Virus record (IMG/VR): IMGVR_UViG_3300032285_000409 | Location: 1-63,836 of that record | DNA from: a virus | Taxonomy: Duplodnaviria > Caudoviricetes | Strand: one strand, 5' to 3' | Length of the DNA stretch: 63,836 nucleotides | In this document: positions 28,200 through 39,229 of the stretch, one piece after another | How the letters are laid out: each line of letters begins with the position of its first letter | How positions within the stretch are numbered: position 1 is the stretch's first letter | Translations under genes and position numbers: made by a program | Notes under the pieces: model-generated | What the model was told of the DNA's origin: nothing | Databases searched by the model: none | Seen by the model: only the letters and a program-made list of their open reading frames with translations

Positions 28200-30044
28200 T
28201 TAACGAAGCTCAACCCAAAAACCACCGGTAAGAGTTTTATTACCTGAAACAGAATAGACTGAACCCGGTGGAACAATGGCCGATAAAGTTGCACCAGCCG
28301 CTCCGTTGGTGGTGTCACCATTGGCGTAACTTACTAGAACACTGTCTACAGTTAAACTAGAATTAGAACTTGCGCCTACGTTAGCTAAGAAAACATTCAC
28401 CATAATGGGCTTACCTGTACTATTGGTGTAGTCGGTATTTTTAGCGCGGCTAGCAGTAACATCTTGCCAAGTCTGGCCCCAACCCAAACCCATGTTTTGC
28501 ACGTAAGCCGTGGTCGCAATCTTGGTGCTGTTATCACCGTTGGATTGCGTAGTACCGGTCGCGCCTGAACTTACAGTAGTTGAAACCGTTGTAGCGGTGG
28601 TTGCGTTCGTGGCGTTTGTAACTGCTGTAGAACCAATAGCCGACGCAATCTGAGCGCCCGTAGCCGCAGTAAACGCCGATGTGCCGTTGCCATAAGCAAC
28701 ACCTGTCAGGGTGGAGACTCCAGAGCCGCCGTTGGCAACTGGGAGCGTACCTGTCACACCGGTAGTTAAGGGTAAACCCGTAGCATTAGTTAGTACTGCT
28801 GCACTTGGTGTACCAAGGTTGGGGGTTGTCAGAGTGGGACTGGTAGACAGGACGTTATTGCCCGAACCGGTAGAAGAGGTCACACCCGTACCGCCCGATG
28901 CAACAGCCAAGGTGGTCGACAAACCAGCAGCCGTACCGGTTGTATTTTGATTTAACGTAGGAATGTCCGCTGCCACGATGGCACGGAAAGTTGGTACCCC
29001 TGCGGAACCATTGGGTGCGGCAAGGACATAGTTGGCAGTTTTGCTGGCATAGGGGTTGGTGGTGTCGCCGTAACCAGAAGCCAAGCTGATAGCCGGAGTT
29101 GTACCGCCCGAAGACACTACGGGAGATGTGCCAGTAACCGAAGTAATTGTGCCGCCCGAACCTGTAGCAGAAATTGTGATGGCCCCAGAGGTATTGGAGA
29201 TGGAGACGCCCGACCCGGCAGTCAGCGTAGTCCGGGTGAAGCCCGTACCGTTGCCAATATCCAAAGCACCGTTGGCCGGAGTAGTTGTCAGACCAGTACC
29301 GCCGTTCGCAATTGGCAGCGTGCCTGTCACCCCAGAAGTCAAAGGCAAACCTGTCAGGTTAGTGGCTGTGCCGCTAGAGGGGGTTCCCAATGCACCACCG
29401 TTAACCACAGGAGCGCCAGCAGTACCGACATTCACCGCCAGTGCAGTGGCTACTCCGGTACCCAAACCTGACACGCCGGTAGAAATTGGCAAACCCGTGA
29501 CGTTGGTCATGACCCCAGAGGCAGGAGTGCCGAGTGCGGGAGTTACCAGCGTAGGACTGTTAGACAATACTGTGCTACCCGTACCAGTAGAGGTGGTCAC
29601 GCCCGTACCACCGGAAGTCACTGGCAAGGCAGTATCGAGACTGAGCGCGGCCATGTGGTTGGTGGCCACTACAACGTCGGTGCCGTTGTTGACCAAAGAC
29701 ATCTTTTTGCCTGCGGGGACGGATACACCGGTCTGACCGCTAACCTTGACCGTGATGGCGCTGGCTGTGGCGTTGTAGATGAAATACAACTTCTTTTTAG
29801 CAGGCACTTGGACTGTGCCGCCACCCGTGCCGGTGAACTCGATGAACATGTTACGGGCCGTGCCGTCCGCGCCATCGGGGATTGTGATGACATCAGTGCC
29901 ACCTGTGCAAGCGTACTGCACGTAACCAGAAATACTCTGCTCAAGCAGAGTGCCCAAATTTGTATTGGTCGTGGTGCCCCATGTACCGGCTTGTTCGCCC
30001 GTACCGATCAGGGTAAGGCCAAGGTTGGTTGAATACGTACTCAT
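28200..30044 (-). CDS. Tail fibre protein
   Basis: STYS.NL.L.L...[11 protein letters not shown]-terminus; LP.ANGGTG and LGTP.S...TN.TGLP repeats; C-terminal [10 protein letters not shown] domain. Confidence 0.8.
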   Translation of the reverse strand: MSTYSTNLGLTLIGTGEQAGTWGTTTNTNLGTLLEQSISGYVQYACTGGTDVITIPDGADGTARNMFIEFTGTGGGTVQVPAKKKLYFIYNATASAITVKVSGQTGVSVPAGKKMSLVNNGTDVVVATNHMAALSLDTALPVTSGGTGVTTSTGTGSTVLSNSPTLVTPALGTPASGVMTNVTGLPISTGVSGLGTGVATALAVNVGTAGAPVVNGGALGTPSSGTATNLTGLPLTSGVTGTLPIANGGTGLTTTPANGALDIGNGTGFTRTTLTAGSGVSISNTSGAITISATGSGGTITSVTGTSPVVSSGGTTPAISLASGYGDTTNPYASKTANYVLAAPNGSAGVPTFRAIVAADIPTLNQNTTGTAAGLSTTLAVASGGTGVTSSTGSGNNVLSTSPTLTTPNLGTPSAAVLTNATGLPLTTGVTGTLPVANGGSGVSTLTGVAYGNGTSAFTAATGAQIASAIGSTAVTNATNATTATTVSTTVSSGATGTTQSNGDNSTKIATTAYVQNMGLGWGQTWQDVTASRAKNTDYTNSTGKPIMVNVFLANVGASSNSSLTVDSVLVSYANGDTTNGAAGATLSAIVPPGSVYSVSGNKTLTGGFWVELR

Positions 30045-30053
30045 TTATTTTCC

Positions 30054-33000
30054 TTACGTGTCGATTGGCGTCCAGCCCGGGTTTTGGGATATGTCGATCA
30101 CCGTCCAGCCTGACGACTGGGCATTATTGATATTTTGCCAGTTAGCGGTCTGGCTGTCATCTATCACGTTCCAAAGATATGCGCCAATCACGGAATCCAA
30201 AGCCGTGGCGCTATCCACAAAAGCGGCATTGAGGACGCCGTTAGATGCGGGACTGTCGATGGCTGTTATGGCTTCCTGAACCTGTGGTTTGAACACCGAG
30301 GGGGCAACCAACGTCACGTCCGTCACCGTACCAGTCTCAGCAATCTGGCCCAAGAAGTTCATCAAGGAGCTGGTCAAATCGCTGGCTGTAGCGGTTTCAG
30401 ATACACGGCCCACAAAGATAACGACTGACCGGGTTGTATCTGTGGCTGTAGCGGTTTCGGCGATTGCGCCAGTGGTTGTACGGTTAGCAGCGGGGCTGTC
30501 CGTTGCCGTGGCTGTCTCTGCCACACTGGGCTTGAATATGTTGTTGGCTGTGCTAGTCGCATCAGTAGCCGTGGCTGTCTCCGCAAGGCTTGGATTAAAC
30601 GTATTGTTGGCTGTGCTGGTTGTGTCTGTGCCTGTGGCTGTTTCTGCAAGGCTTGGATTAAACGTATTGTTGGCTGTCAGTGCTGCGTCTGTAGCTGTGG
30701 CAGTTTCTGACAGAGAAGAAGTTAAGTACAATCCACCCAATATGATGTCCGTGCTTGTAGCAGTTTCTGCCACGCTTGGGTTGGCTGTGTATTGTGCAGA
30801 CTGAGCGTCAGTTGCTGTAGCGGTTTCGGATACGCTTGGGTTAGCCGTGTATTGGGATGAAATGGCGTCCGTACCCGTGGCTGTCTCAGCCGTAGCAGGG
30901 TTGAACGTGTTGTTGGCTGTCAGCGTGGTATCCGTTGCTGTGGCCGTTTCAAAAATAATTCCGGCAAACGCAAACTGACTGGCTGTTGTATCTGTAGCTG
31001 TGGCCGTCTCAGCAATGTTGCTGCTGATTAGGAATGTCGTCGATACCGTGTCCGTGCCCGTAGCTGTTTCTGCCACTTGGGCCAGCAAAGTTAAAACGGA
31101 AGAAAGCGCATCAGTTGCCGTTGCGGTTTCGGACAGGCTGGAGTTAAAAGTGCCAGTAGTAGAAACGCTGTCTGTGGCTGTAGATGTCTCAGCGATGGTT
31201 GACAAGAACGCTTGGATCGCAGCAAACGCATCGGACGCTGTGGCTGTTTCAGACAGGCTGGAGTTGTAAGTTGTTCCACCCGGTGTGTAGATGATGAAGA
31301 TCATGCCCTGACCACCAGCACCGCCAGCATTTACGCCTGTAGTTGCACTATTTCCACCGCCACTGCCACCCGCACCATAAGCCGTGCTTGCTCTACCCGG
31401 CTGGTTTCCACCGGGGCCACCAGCACCGCCGCCACCGCCTACAGTGCTGGAAATTTCAATGCTTGAACCGCCAACAGCGCCCAAGTTACCGTTAGCACCA
31501 CCACCACCTCCACCACCGTTTGTACCCGCAGTGCCTGCTGCATTGGTACCGCCAATACCACCACCTGTGCCGCCAAAATTGTTACCGCCAGTACCGCCTA
31601 CGTTAGATGCGCCTGCCGTACCAGCGGAACCCCCGCCATTACCCCCGCCACCGCCGCCAGCAGATAATGAAATATCGGAAGTACCAGCGCCACCTGCCCC
31701 ACCTGCACCGTTGGGGCCAGCAGAACCTCCGCCACCACCGCCGCCACCGCCAGTACTACTAACGGTAGTGATACCCCCTGCGCCACCGTTACCACCTGAA
31801 TAAGTGCCAGTGCCCCCTGTTCCACCTACAGAAGTTGGGGTTGCAGTTGTAGAACCGCCACCACCACCTGTTGCAGTTTGAGCATTAAATGTGGTTGTGC
31901 CGCCACTGCCACCCGTACCACCGGCCGAAGTCCCTGCTGTACCCGCAGCACCTACGGAGTAAGCAATAGCGCCTGAAAGCGTCTGATTGGTCAGTACGCG
32001 ATAACCACCACCACCACCTCCGCCACCCGCAGCTTTATTGGTAGCACTTGTGTAGCGTGATCCACCACCGCCACCGCCACCACCAATCAAGTGAATGGTG
32101 TTATTTGAACTATTCCAATCAGCAGGAACTGTCCAGCTTGAGCCTGACAAAAGTAAGTAAGCTACGACCGTGGAAGCAGCAAACAAGATGCCGCTGTTGT
32201 TACCTGAATTAGTAGAGTTTGCCCCTGCGTACCATTTGTAAGGCGCTGTACCGTTTGTAGCAAATGGGGTGAATGACAGGTCTTGGACATTGAGGTAGTC
32301 AGTGGATACTGTGCCACCGCCTGTGAGGGCAATCGTTGCTTGTGTACCTGCTGTAGAGCTATTAAGCGTCAACAAATTTCCCGCTATACCTGCCGCTGTA
32401 AATGCTGCCACTGTGGTTGTCGTAGATGCAGGAAACGTAATTGTTGTTGCACTAGTAGCTGTGTAAGTTGCGGTAATGTTGTTAAAAGTATTTGCACCAG
32501 TAATGGTCAAAGCACCAGCTCCGCCATTGTTAAGCGTACAGTTATAAGTAGCACCATTACCATTAAATGTTTTAGCAGATGCACTTGTAAGGCTAATTGT
32601 TCCAGTACCTGTTCCAGCTGTGCTAGTAAATCCCGTTGAATTACCATTAAATGGATTTACACTAGCAGAACTAAGAAGCAAAGTTCCACCATTAAATGTT
32701 AAATTTTTTGTTCCTGCTGTTATTGAAAAAGCAGCAATTAAACCAGATAATGTTAATGTTTTACCATTTAGATCAAGCGTTCCATTTCTAAGTGAAAATG
32801 CGCCTGCGCCCGAAGCGGTTGATAATAACGCATCTTGTAAAGTAACCGTACCTGATGGCGAGTTAATTACTAAACCTTGAGTAAATGTAATACCAGCGCT
32901 TGTGATTTGCTGCGTAATACGTCCACTAAAAAACATTTGACCCGTACCACTCAACGTAGTGCCAGTTCCGTTAATCCAGTTACCGTAAATTGCAGGTGTA

Positions 33001-36000
33001 CTCGAACTTGTAGCCAGCGTCATTGTGTTGCTGGTACGGGCAGACATATCTATCGTGCCAATGTTGTAGTTGGCGTTGACGGTGACGGTTGCTGCTGAAT
33101 TAAGTCCAGTTGATTGAAAAATTGCCGTATCTTGGGCAAGAGGAAAATTGTTGATGGCTGGTGTACCACCGCCCGTTGTTGCCCAGCCAATTGCACCGCC
33201 CCAGTTACCACCAGCAGCAAGATTCCAATATTTGTTTACACCAGCGCCAAACGTAATACCGCTGTTGCCTTTGCAGTCACCAAGGCGAGTGCCTGATGCT
33301 GGAGCCGCTGCACCTGCAATCGTGATGTCTTGGAAGTCAGTATCTGTAAAAGATACCGCAGCGCAAGTTAATGTGCGCGCTGTGCCTACTGTGTCTGACT
33401 GCGCAAACGTGCGCATTGTTGCATCTGTACCAGCGGCAAGCGTAAAAGTTCCGTTAATGGTTTGATTTGCGCCAAATGCAACAGGTTTTACACCGGCTGC
33501 CGTTGTGTTATTAATAGTTAAATTATTAAACGTGTTAACACCAGTAATTGTTGTTGTGCTAATTGAAGTTGCTGTACTGGTTACGTTGTAATATGTTTGT
33601 CCACCGCCAGCAAATGTTGCAGGAGTAACAGATAAATTTATTTGAGATGTGCCAGCATTTAAGGTTCCGCTGGTATAACTAAAAGGTGTAGTAGTACTTA
33701 AAGTTATTGTTGATGCATTAAGTGTTAATGTGCCGCCACTAACCGCAATTCTCCCTGATGAAACAGCATAATTACTTGCAGAAGTGCTAAATGTTCCACT
33801 AGTTACTGTAATAGAATTTGTAGAATTATTTATTGCACTTCCAAGCGTCCAACCGCCTCCTGCACCATTAAAATTTATATTGCAATTTAAGGTTGTGCCA
33901 TTGGTTGTAATGGTTTTTCCTGTGGCTGTAGCATTAAATGTTATGCCACTGCCCGCTGCATTCCACACCGTAGCTGCCACCAATGACATCGACCCGCTAA
34001 TGGCAAACGATGGCACAGTACCATTACCAAACGTCACCGTACCTGCTGACACGGTAATATCGTTACAAGTCAAAGCACCCGTACAGGTGACTGTGTAGGT
34101 AGTTGCTGAATCAAAGAATACGTTGTCTTGCGGAATTGGTACCGATGCGCCACCACTGCCACCTGATGTAGCAGACCAGTTAGTTGTAGAGGTTGTGTTC
34201 CATGTACCTGCACCGCCAACCCAGTAACGGCTTCCAAAAGTAAAATTCCAACCAGTGTTGTTACCACCGTTGGTTGATGCTATTGCGTTCCACGTTGCTC
34301 CGCCTGTGGCAGTGGAGTAGCTAATGGATGTGTAATATGCAGCAACAGTTCCAGAAGCTTTGGACAGCGTGAAGGCCGATGTGGTCGTGCTGCCCAGCGT
34401 TAACGTACCTGTAGAAGTTCCCGTTGCTGAAAAGTTGCTTACTGTGGTGGTTGTGCCAGCGGTGAAGGTAATAGCCGTTGCACCAGTCGTTGTATACGTC
34501 GCGGTAATGTCGTTGAACGTATTTGCGCCAGAGATGGTCAAAGCTCCCGCGCCACCTTGGTTCAAGGTGCAGTTATAGGTAGAGCCACCGCCAACAAATG
34601 TTTTGGCGCCTACAGAAGTAAGTGTAATTATACCAGTTCCCGTGCCTGCCGTGGTTGTAAATCCGGTTGGCGCAGCATTGTTAAAAGGTGTTGTAGCCGA
34701 GGCAGCAATTGATAATGTTCCGCCATTAAATGTTATATTTTTTGTTCCAGCGGCAGTAATAAAACCACCATTTGCATTAGATATTGTGTAGGTTTTACCA
34801 TTTAAGTTTAATGTGCCGTTAGTAAGTGTAGTTGTTGGGCCTAAAGTGCCATCATTTGTAAAGTTATCTTGAAATGTTATTGTGCCGCCGGGGGAGTTAA
34901 AGATAACATTAGTAAATGTTTGCCCAGATGTGGTAATTGATTGACTTCCACGACCTGAGAATGTAGTGGTTCCATTTGAAAATGTAACACCTGTACCTAA
35001 AATCCAGTCCCCTGATATATTCATTGCTGCGCTACCAGCACTCAATGTCATTGTGTTGGTTGTGCGGGCAGATGTATCAAGAGTACCAACGTAATAACTG
35101 GAGTTAACAGTAACAGTGGCTCCTGAATTTAATCCGGTAGCTTGAACAATAGCTGTGTCTTGTGCGAGAGGGAAATTGGTTGTTGCAGGAGTTCCACCGC
35201 TTGATGCCGCCCAAGCCACATCACTCCAGTTGCCGCCAGCAGCAAGGTTCCAATAAACAGTTTTAGCTGCGGGGAACGTAATACCACTATTACCTTTACC
35301 ATCTCCAAGGCGTGTACCTGTAAATGGTGCTGCTGCGCCTGCGCCTGTGATGTCTTGAAAATCAACGTCAACTAAAGATACAGCAGCGCAAGTTAATGTG
35401 CGGGTTGTACCAATTGCATCTGTTTTAATTACCATTCGGTATCCAGCATTTGCATTGCCAGCAAATGTAAGGGTGCCGTTAACGGTTTGGTTAGCACTTA
35501 AAGTTAAGCTACCAATACCAATAGTTGCAGTTCTTGGGTTAACTGTTAAATTGTTAAATGTATTTGCACCCGTAATTGCTGGGCCTGTAGCTACCGTGCT
35601 TGTATTTCCAGTAAAAGATACGTTGTAATAAGTTTGACCACCACCAGCAAAAGTTACTGCGTTAGTAGCAGAAAGATTTATTTGCGAAGTTCCAGCGGTA
35701 ATAGTTCCGCTGGTATATGTAAATGGTGTGGCGTTTGTTAATGAGACTGTTGAACCATTTAGCGTTAATGTTCCACCTTGAACAGTAATTTGAGTGCCTG
35801 TTAGCGCATAATTGCTTGCGGATGTGCTAAATGTGCCAGCAGTACAAGTAATAGAAGAACTTGTTGTTAGCGCACTACCAAGTGTCCATGCACCACCCGA
35901 ACCATTGAAAGTTAATGCGCCTGATAATGTAGTGCCATTAGTGGCAATTGTTTTGCCTGTGGTTGTGGCATTAAAAGTAATTGCACCAGTGGCACTCCAT

Positions 36001-36845
36001 ACTGTGCCAGCCAGCAAAGACATAGAGCCGCTGATAGCAAATGTGGGTGTGGTACCTGTAGAAAATGTTACCGTACCTGCTGACACAGTAATGTCTCGGC
36101 AAACCAAAGCACCCGTACAGGTGACTGTGTAGGTGGTTGCTGAATCAAAAATTACGCTGTTTGATGCTGTGGGTACAGGTTGTCCACCCGTACCGCCTGA
36201 TGCTGTTGCCCAGTTAGTTGTTGTGGTTGTGTCCCATGTACCTGAACCACCAACCCAATAGCGATCACTTGGAATAAGCGAAATAGAAACTGCCGCCAAT
36301 GTGCTAGACGCTGAAACCGTAGCAGTTCTAGCAGTTGTAGTGCCCGCAGCAGCTTGTGCCTCATCAACAACCAATATGCCATTTACTGTGCCAGTAGAAG
36401 CTGAACTAACTCGGCTGGTTGTTGAAACTGGAGCAACCCATGTCGCTGACGTTGGAGTACCACAATAAAAACTTATAACGTATTCATTCGTGACAGTTGT
36501 TGTGCCTGTCAATGTGGCTACGGTTAATCCTGTTGCCGTGTTGATGGTTGTGGCAATGTCAACGCCAGTAGAACCACGATAAGCAACCATGACAGCGCAA
36601 GTGCTTGCGCCAGCTACAGTTAGTGCAACAGAAGCTTCAGATGCCGTTGCTGTCTTTGTATATACGTTTAAGTTGTTGCCGCCAGCCTGACTTCTTTGAC
36701 GAGTCCATCCAGATGGTGTTGTTGGTGTCGCAGAGCCTGTAGTAGTGATAATCAAAATATCACCAGCCGCATAACCTGTAGGTACAGGCACAGTCGGGTT
36801 AGTACCCGTGACTACAGCACCAGCAGCAACAAACGAAATTGGCAT
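30054..36845 (-). CDS. Giant Thr/Gly-rich tail fibre/adhesin (2263 aa)
   Basis: Duplicated beta-helix-like RYWVGG modules, glycine-rich domain, C-terminal AETATATD repeats. Confidence 0.8.
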   Translation of the reverse strand: MPISFVAAGAVVTGTNPTVPVPTGYAAGDILIITTTGSATPTTPSGWTRQRSQAGGNNLNVYTKTATASEASVALTVAGASTCAVMVAYRGSTGVDIATTINTATGLTVATLTGTTTVTNEYVISFYCGTPTSATWVAPVSTTSRVSSASTGTVNGILVVDEAQAAAGTTTARTATVSASSTLAAVSISLIPSDRYWVGGSGTWDTTTTTNWATASGGTGGQPVPTASNSVIFDSATTYTVTCTGALVCRDITVSAGTVTFSTGTTPTFAISGSMSLLAGTVWSATGAITFNATTTGKTIATNGTTLSGALTFNGSGGAWTLGSALTTSSSITCTAGTFSTSASNYALTGTQITVQGGTLTLNGSTVSLTNATPFTYTSGTITAGTSQINLSATNAVTFAGGGQTYYNVSFTGNTSTVATGPAITGANTFNNLTVNPRTATIGIGSLTLSANQTVNGTLTFAGNANAGYRMVIKTDAIGTTRTLTCAAVSLVDVDFQDITGAGAAAPFTGTRLGDGKGNSGITFPAAKTVYWNLAAGGNWSDVAWAASSGGTPATTNFPLAQDTAIVQATGLNSGATVTVNSSYYVGTLDTSARTTNTMTLSAGSAAMNISGDWILGTGVTFSNGTTTFSGRGSQSITTSGQTFTNVIFNSPGGTITFQDNFTNDGTLGPTTTLTNGTLNLNGKTYTISNANGGFITAAGTKNITFNGGTLSIAASATTPFNNAAPTGFTTTAGTGTGIITLTSVGAKTFVGGGSTYNCTLNQGGAGALTISGANTFNDITATYTTTGATAITFTAGTTTTVSNFSATGTSTGTLTLGSTTTSAFTLSKASGTVAAYYTSISYSTATGGATWNAIASTNGGNNTGWNFTFGSRYWVGGAGTWNTTSTTNWSATSGGSGGASVPIPQDNVFFDSATTYTVTCTGALTCNDITVSAGTVTFGNGTVPSFAISGSMSLVAATVWNAAGSGITFNATATGKTITTNGTTLNCNINFNGAGGGWTLGSAINNSTNSITVTSGTFSTSASNYAVSSGRIAVSGGTLTLNASTITLSTTTPFSYTSGTLNAGTSQINLSVTPATFAGGGQTYYNVTSTATSISTTTITGVNTFNNLTINNTTAAGVKPVAFGANQTINGTFTLAAGTDATMRTFAQSDTVGTARTLTCAAVSFTDTDFQDITIAGAAAPASGTRLGDCKGNSGITFGAGVNKYWNLAAGGNWGGAIGWATTGGGTPAINNFPLAQDTAIFQSTGLNSAATVTVNANYNIGTIDMSARTSNTMTLATSSSTPAIYGNWINGTGTTLSGTGQMFFSGRITQQITSAGITFTQGLVINSPSGTVTLQDALLSTASGAGAFSLRNGTLDLNGKTLTLSGLIAAFSITAGTKNLTFNGGTLLLSSASVNPFNGNSTGFTSTAGTGTGTISLTSASAKTFNGNGATYNCTLNNGGAGALTITGANTFNNITATYTATSATTITFPASTTTTVAAFTAAGIAGNLLTLNSSTAGTQATIALTGGGTVSTDYLNVQDLSFTPFATNGTAPYKWYAGANSTNSGNNSGILFAASTVVAYLLLSGSSWTVPADWNSSNNTIHLIGGGGGGGGSRYTSATNKAAGGGGGGGGYRVLTNQTLSGAIAYSVGAAGTAGTSAGGTGGSGGTTTFNAQTATGGGGGSTTATPTSVGGTGGTGTYSGGNGGAGGITTVSSTGGGGGGGGGSAGPNGAGGAGGAGTSDISLSAGGGGGGNGGGSAGTAGASNVGGTGGNNFGGTGGGIGGTNAAGTAGTNGGGGGGGANGNLGAVGGSSIEISSTVGGGGGAGGPGGNQPGRASTAYGAGGSGGGNSATTGVNAGGAGGQGMIFIIYTPGGTTYNSSLSETATASDAFAAIQAFLSTIAETSTATDSVSTTGTFNSSLSETATATDALSSVLTLLAQVAETATGTDTVSTTFLISSNIAETATATDTTASQFAFAGIIFETATATDTTLTANNTFNPATAETATGTDAISSQYTANPSVSETATATDAQSAQYTANPSVAETATSTDIILGGLYLTSSLSETATATDAALTANNTFNPSLAETATGTDTTSTANNTFNPSLAETATATDATSTANNIFKPSVAETATATDSPAANRTTTGAIAETATATDTTRSVVIFVGRVSETATASDLTSSLMNFLGQIAETGTVTDVTLVAPSVFKPQVQEAITAIDSPASNGVLNAAFVDSATALDSVIGAYLWNVIDDSQTANWQNINNAQSSGWTVIDISQNPGWTPIDT
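30180..31270 (-). repeat. Coding tandem repeats, 20-21 aa unit (S[LV]AETATATD)
   Basis: More than 15 imperfect copies visible in the translation. Confidence 0.85.
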
Positions 36846-36848
36846 GCG

Positions 36849-37025
36849 TTACTCTTGCGGAACTTCTTCAACAGGGGGAGCGGTAATCAAAGCCAGCCAG
36901 TTATCCAAGCGTTGCTGTTTCATGGCTTCAATTTCAGCATCACTGGGCATTTCTGCATCATCAGGAAACCACAAAGCGTCTGCAAATTTGCCGTACTGGG
37001 TTTCAAATTCAAAGTCGATTTTCAT
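36849..37025 (-). CDS. Small tail-fibre-associated protein
   Basis: Acidic 58-aa ORF directly upstream of the fibre gene. Confidence 0.55.
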   Translation of the reverse strand: MKIDFEFETQYGKFADALWFPDDAEMPSDAEIEAMKQQRLDNWLALITAPPVEEVPQE

Positions 37026-37040
37026 GGAAATCACCAAGTA

Positions 37041-37070
37041 AAAACACCCGCGCTGGGCGGGTGTAGTTTA
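37041..37070 (-). terminator. Intrinsic terminator
   Basis: ACACCCGC/GCGGGTGT stem followed by a T-run on the - strand. Confidence 0.6.
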
Positions 37071-37089
37071 GCCTATGCAAGCCGAGCTA

Positions 37090-37668
37090 TCAACCAGCCA
37101 AGCTCAGTGTGTAGGTCACGTTGAGCGTATCACCGGAAGCCACCGAACGATCACCCGGTGCCGAAAAGTCAGCAGCCGAGAACAAAGTGCCGGTCGTACC
37201 AGATTTGGTACTGTTGCTAACCAAGAACGCGCCGCCCACAGTGGAGGTAGCGTTGATGTTGAACACAGCCACAGAAGCCGAGTTGGTAGCCACTGAGGGG
37301 TTAGCAGTCGTTGCGGTAGCAAACGTGCAAGTGGGACGGGTCGCGTTGCTGTAAGGCACCACTTCAGTCCAGCCAGCGTGCGAAGCCATTGTGTCACCAG
37401 CAGCGGGAGTGTTAGAAGCACCTGCACCGTACAGGCCGATGTACCAAGTGGTGATCTGGGTCACGCTGGTCAAGGCGGTACCGCACATGTATTGCAGACC
37501 TTGGTTGACCACGAGGTTGTGGTTCTCGTCTTCCCACTTCAGCTTGCCATCCTTGTCATAGCACTGAATGGTAAACTTGCCCATAGCCATCATGGCTTCA
37601 CCGGCACCTGTACCGGCAATCAGACCGCTGGAAACGGTGTCTGTGGATTTAACTTTTTCAATAGACAT
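37090..37668 (-). CDS. Virion structural protein
   Basis: NLVVN.G, GTLFSA..F, GDTL.VTY motifs; RBS AGGAG. Confidence 0.65.
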   Translation of the reverse strand: MSIEKVKSTDTVSSGLIAGTGAGEAMMAMGKFTIQCYDKDGKLKWEDENHNLVVNQGLQYMCGTALTSVTQITTWYIGLYGAGASNTPAAGDTMASHAGWTEVVPYSNATRPTCTFATATTANPSVATNSASVAVFNINATSTVGGAFLVSNSTKSGTTGTLFSAADFSAPGDRSVASGDTLNVTYTLSLAG

Positions 37669-37678
37669 AATTCGCTCC

Positions 37679-38101
37679 TTATGCGAGTCGTATGATTGCT
37701 GATGTGTTGGTGCTTGCGGGGAACTGCACCGTGAACGTGTTAGTGGAAGTTTTATCTGCGCCAAAGTCTAGCACGCAAACGGTTGGATTACCACCCCCAA
37801 CCTTGTAAATCAAAGCCCCACGGGCTGTGATTGCACCTGTCCAAGCCGCGTTGGAAAAGTTAATGTACGCCACTGTGCCCGAAGTTCCCGTAGTAGGAGT
37901 CTGAGATACAGTCAGCGTCGTGCCGCCAGCTACATAGCTACCGCCCGTTGCTTCATTGGCAGAGGTGTATGCCGCCGTAGTTGGCCCTAACGTGGCGTTG
38001 CCGTTGTACAGCGCGATCTTGAACGTGTCCGTCGTGAAGTTGTACGAGCCGTTCATCATGCCTGTCTTGAAGGCGTTGGTTGCGGTTTGCTGAATTGCCA
38101 T
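37679..38101 (-). CDS. Virion structural protein
   Basis: FKIALY, ARGALIY, VLDFG.DK motifs. Confidence 0.65.
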   Translation of the reverse strand: MAIQQTATNAFKTGMMNGSYNFTTDTFKIALYNGNATLGPTTAAYTSANEATGGSYVAGGTTLTVSQTPTTGTSGTVAYINFSNAAWTGAITARGALIYKVGGGNPTVCVLDFGADKTSTNTFTVQFPASTNTSAIIRLA

Positions 38102-38817
38102 CAGACGACCCCGTTATTTTGAGGCAGTGGCGCAACACGCGCCTGACCGTTGCGGTACGCATCCGATCTCTCAAGGCCGTCGCCCAGACGTTTAGCCAGA
38201 CCAAGCGCTTCCATGTACTTGTTGTTGTACAGAGCTATCAAGTCTTGCTCACCCTTCATGAAGGTGTAGGCTTCCACCAAACAACCATACAGCAACACAG
38301 TATCAAAGTTGTCGCCCAACCAAGATGTGCCCGCAGTTACAATTGAGGCTGGGTAGTAGTAATAGTGCAACTCAACACCATACACCGCATCAGGCGTAGG
38401 GCCAAGAATGAACGACAACTCATTGGTGATGGTGGTGCCAGAGGTTGTTGGGCCAAACAAAGCATAGTACTTGGGAATAGCCGTGTCTGTAGGAGTCGGA
38501 TACGCCTGCCTGATGAAGTTCACGTCTTTGTTCAGCAAATACTCGTATGCGCCTGTAGCGTCAATCACTGCCATCGAATACACCGACAAAAAGTCCCCCG
38601 GGCAAGAAAGGTACTTGTTATTGGTGGCTGTAGAACCTGTGACGTTCTTACGCAGCGAAGGAAACTGAACCGAGTTGTATATGCGTTGTTCAGCCTGCTC
38701 GATGATGCGGTTAATCTGTTGAGTAGATGTAACCGCTGAACCATCAGCAAGGTACGTATCGGGGAACTGGTTCTCCGTATACGCCTGAATAGCCGTAACA
38801 AGCTCGGTATAAGTCAT
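38101..38817 (-). CDS. Head-tail adaptor-like protein
   Basis: I.QAEQRI, PKYYA, GPTPD..Y.VELHY, LLYG.L.EA motifs. Confidence 0.65.
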   Translation of the reverse strand: MTYTELVTAIQAYTENQFPDTYLADGSAVTSTQQINRIIEQAEQRIYNSVQFPSLRKNVTGSTATNNKYLSCPGDFLSVYSMAVIDATGAYEYLLNKDVNFIRQAYPTPTDTAIPKYYALFGPTTSGTTITNELSFILGPTPDAVYGVELHYYYYPASIVTAGTSWLGDNFDTVLLYGCLVEAYTFMKGEQDLIALYNNKYMEALGLAKRLGDGLERSDAYRNGQARVAPLPQNNGVV

Positions 38818-39032
38818 GCCATCGGGCCTCGGGACATCAGACCTTTAGTGGCTGCGCCAGTACCGCGCATCTTGATGCCGCTGGTTTTCATACCGTTGTA
38901 GTCGTTGCTGTGCTCATTGGCAACAGCCACGTTGGCATCTTTGAGGTGCTTTTTGTTAGGCACTTCTTTGAGCACAGACGCAGGAGCAGAGGCAGGCACA
39001 GGACTGCCGGGAGTTTTCTTGCTGGTGGCCAT
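38814..39032 (-). CDS. Small basic protein
   Basis: KTSGIKMRGTGAATKG..RGPMA. Confidence 0.6.
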   Translation of the reverse strand: MATSKKTPGSPVPASAPASVLKEVPNKKHLKDANVAVANEHSNDYNGMKTSGIKMRGTGAATKGLMSRGPMA

Positions 39033-39033
39033 A

Positions 39034-39219
39034 TTAACCCCCGCGCTGGTTGGCTGCACGAGACAGGTTACGACCCATCTTCATGCGATCCATGCTGGTG
39101 GGGCCACCGGCTTTGAGTTTCAAAGTGGTGCCTTTACCGCCTTTGTGCTCTTGTTTGTCGTGCTGTTTGAAAGCCTTCTTAATGAGGGCTTTATCTTGTG
39201 CCAAGTCTTTCTTGTCCAT
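39034..39219 (-). CDS. Small basic protein
   Basis: Lys-rich; RBS AGGAG; LKAGG motif. Confidence 0.6.
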   Translation of the reverse strand: MDKKDLAQDKALIKKAFKQHDKQEHKGGKGTTLKLKAGGPTSMDRMKMGRNLSRAANQRGG

Positions 39220-39229
39220 TTTCGACTCC

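Noticed and set aside
30180-31270. Periodic ~60-63 bp repeats as a CRISPR array
   Set aside because: In-frame coding repeats with synonymous variation; no cas operon. The Cas4-like gene is a typical solo phage nuclease
32200-36270. Duplicated fibre segments as a diversity-generating retroelement TR/VR pair
   Set aside because: No reverse transcriptase seen; both copies are coding and differ throughout rather than as a short C-terminal variable region
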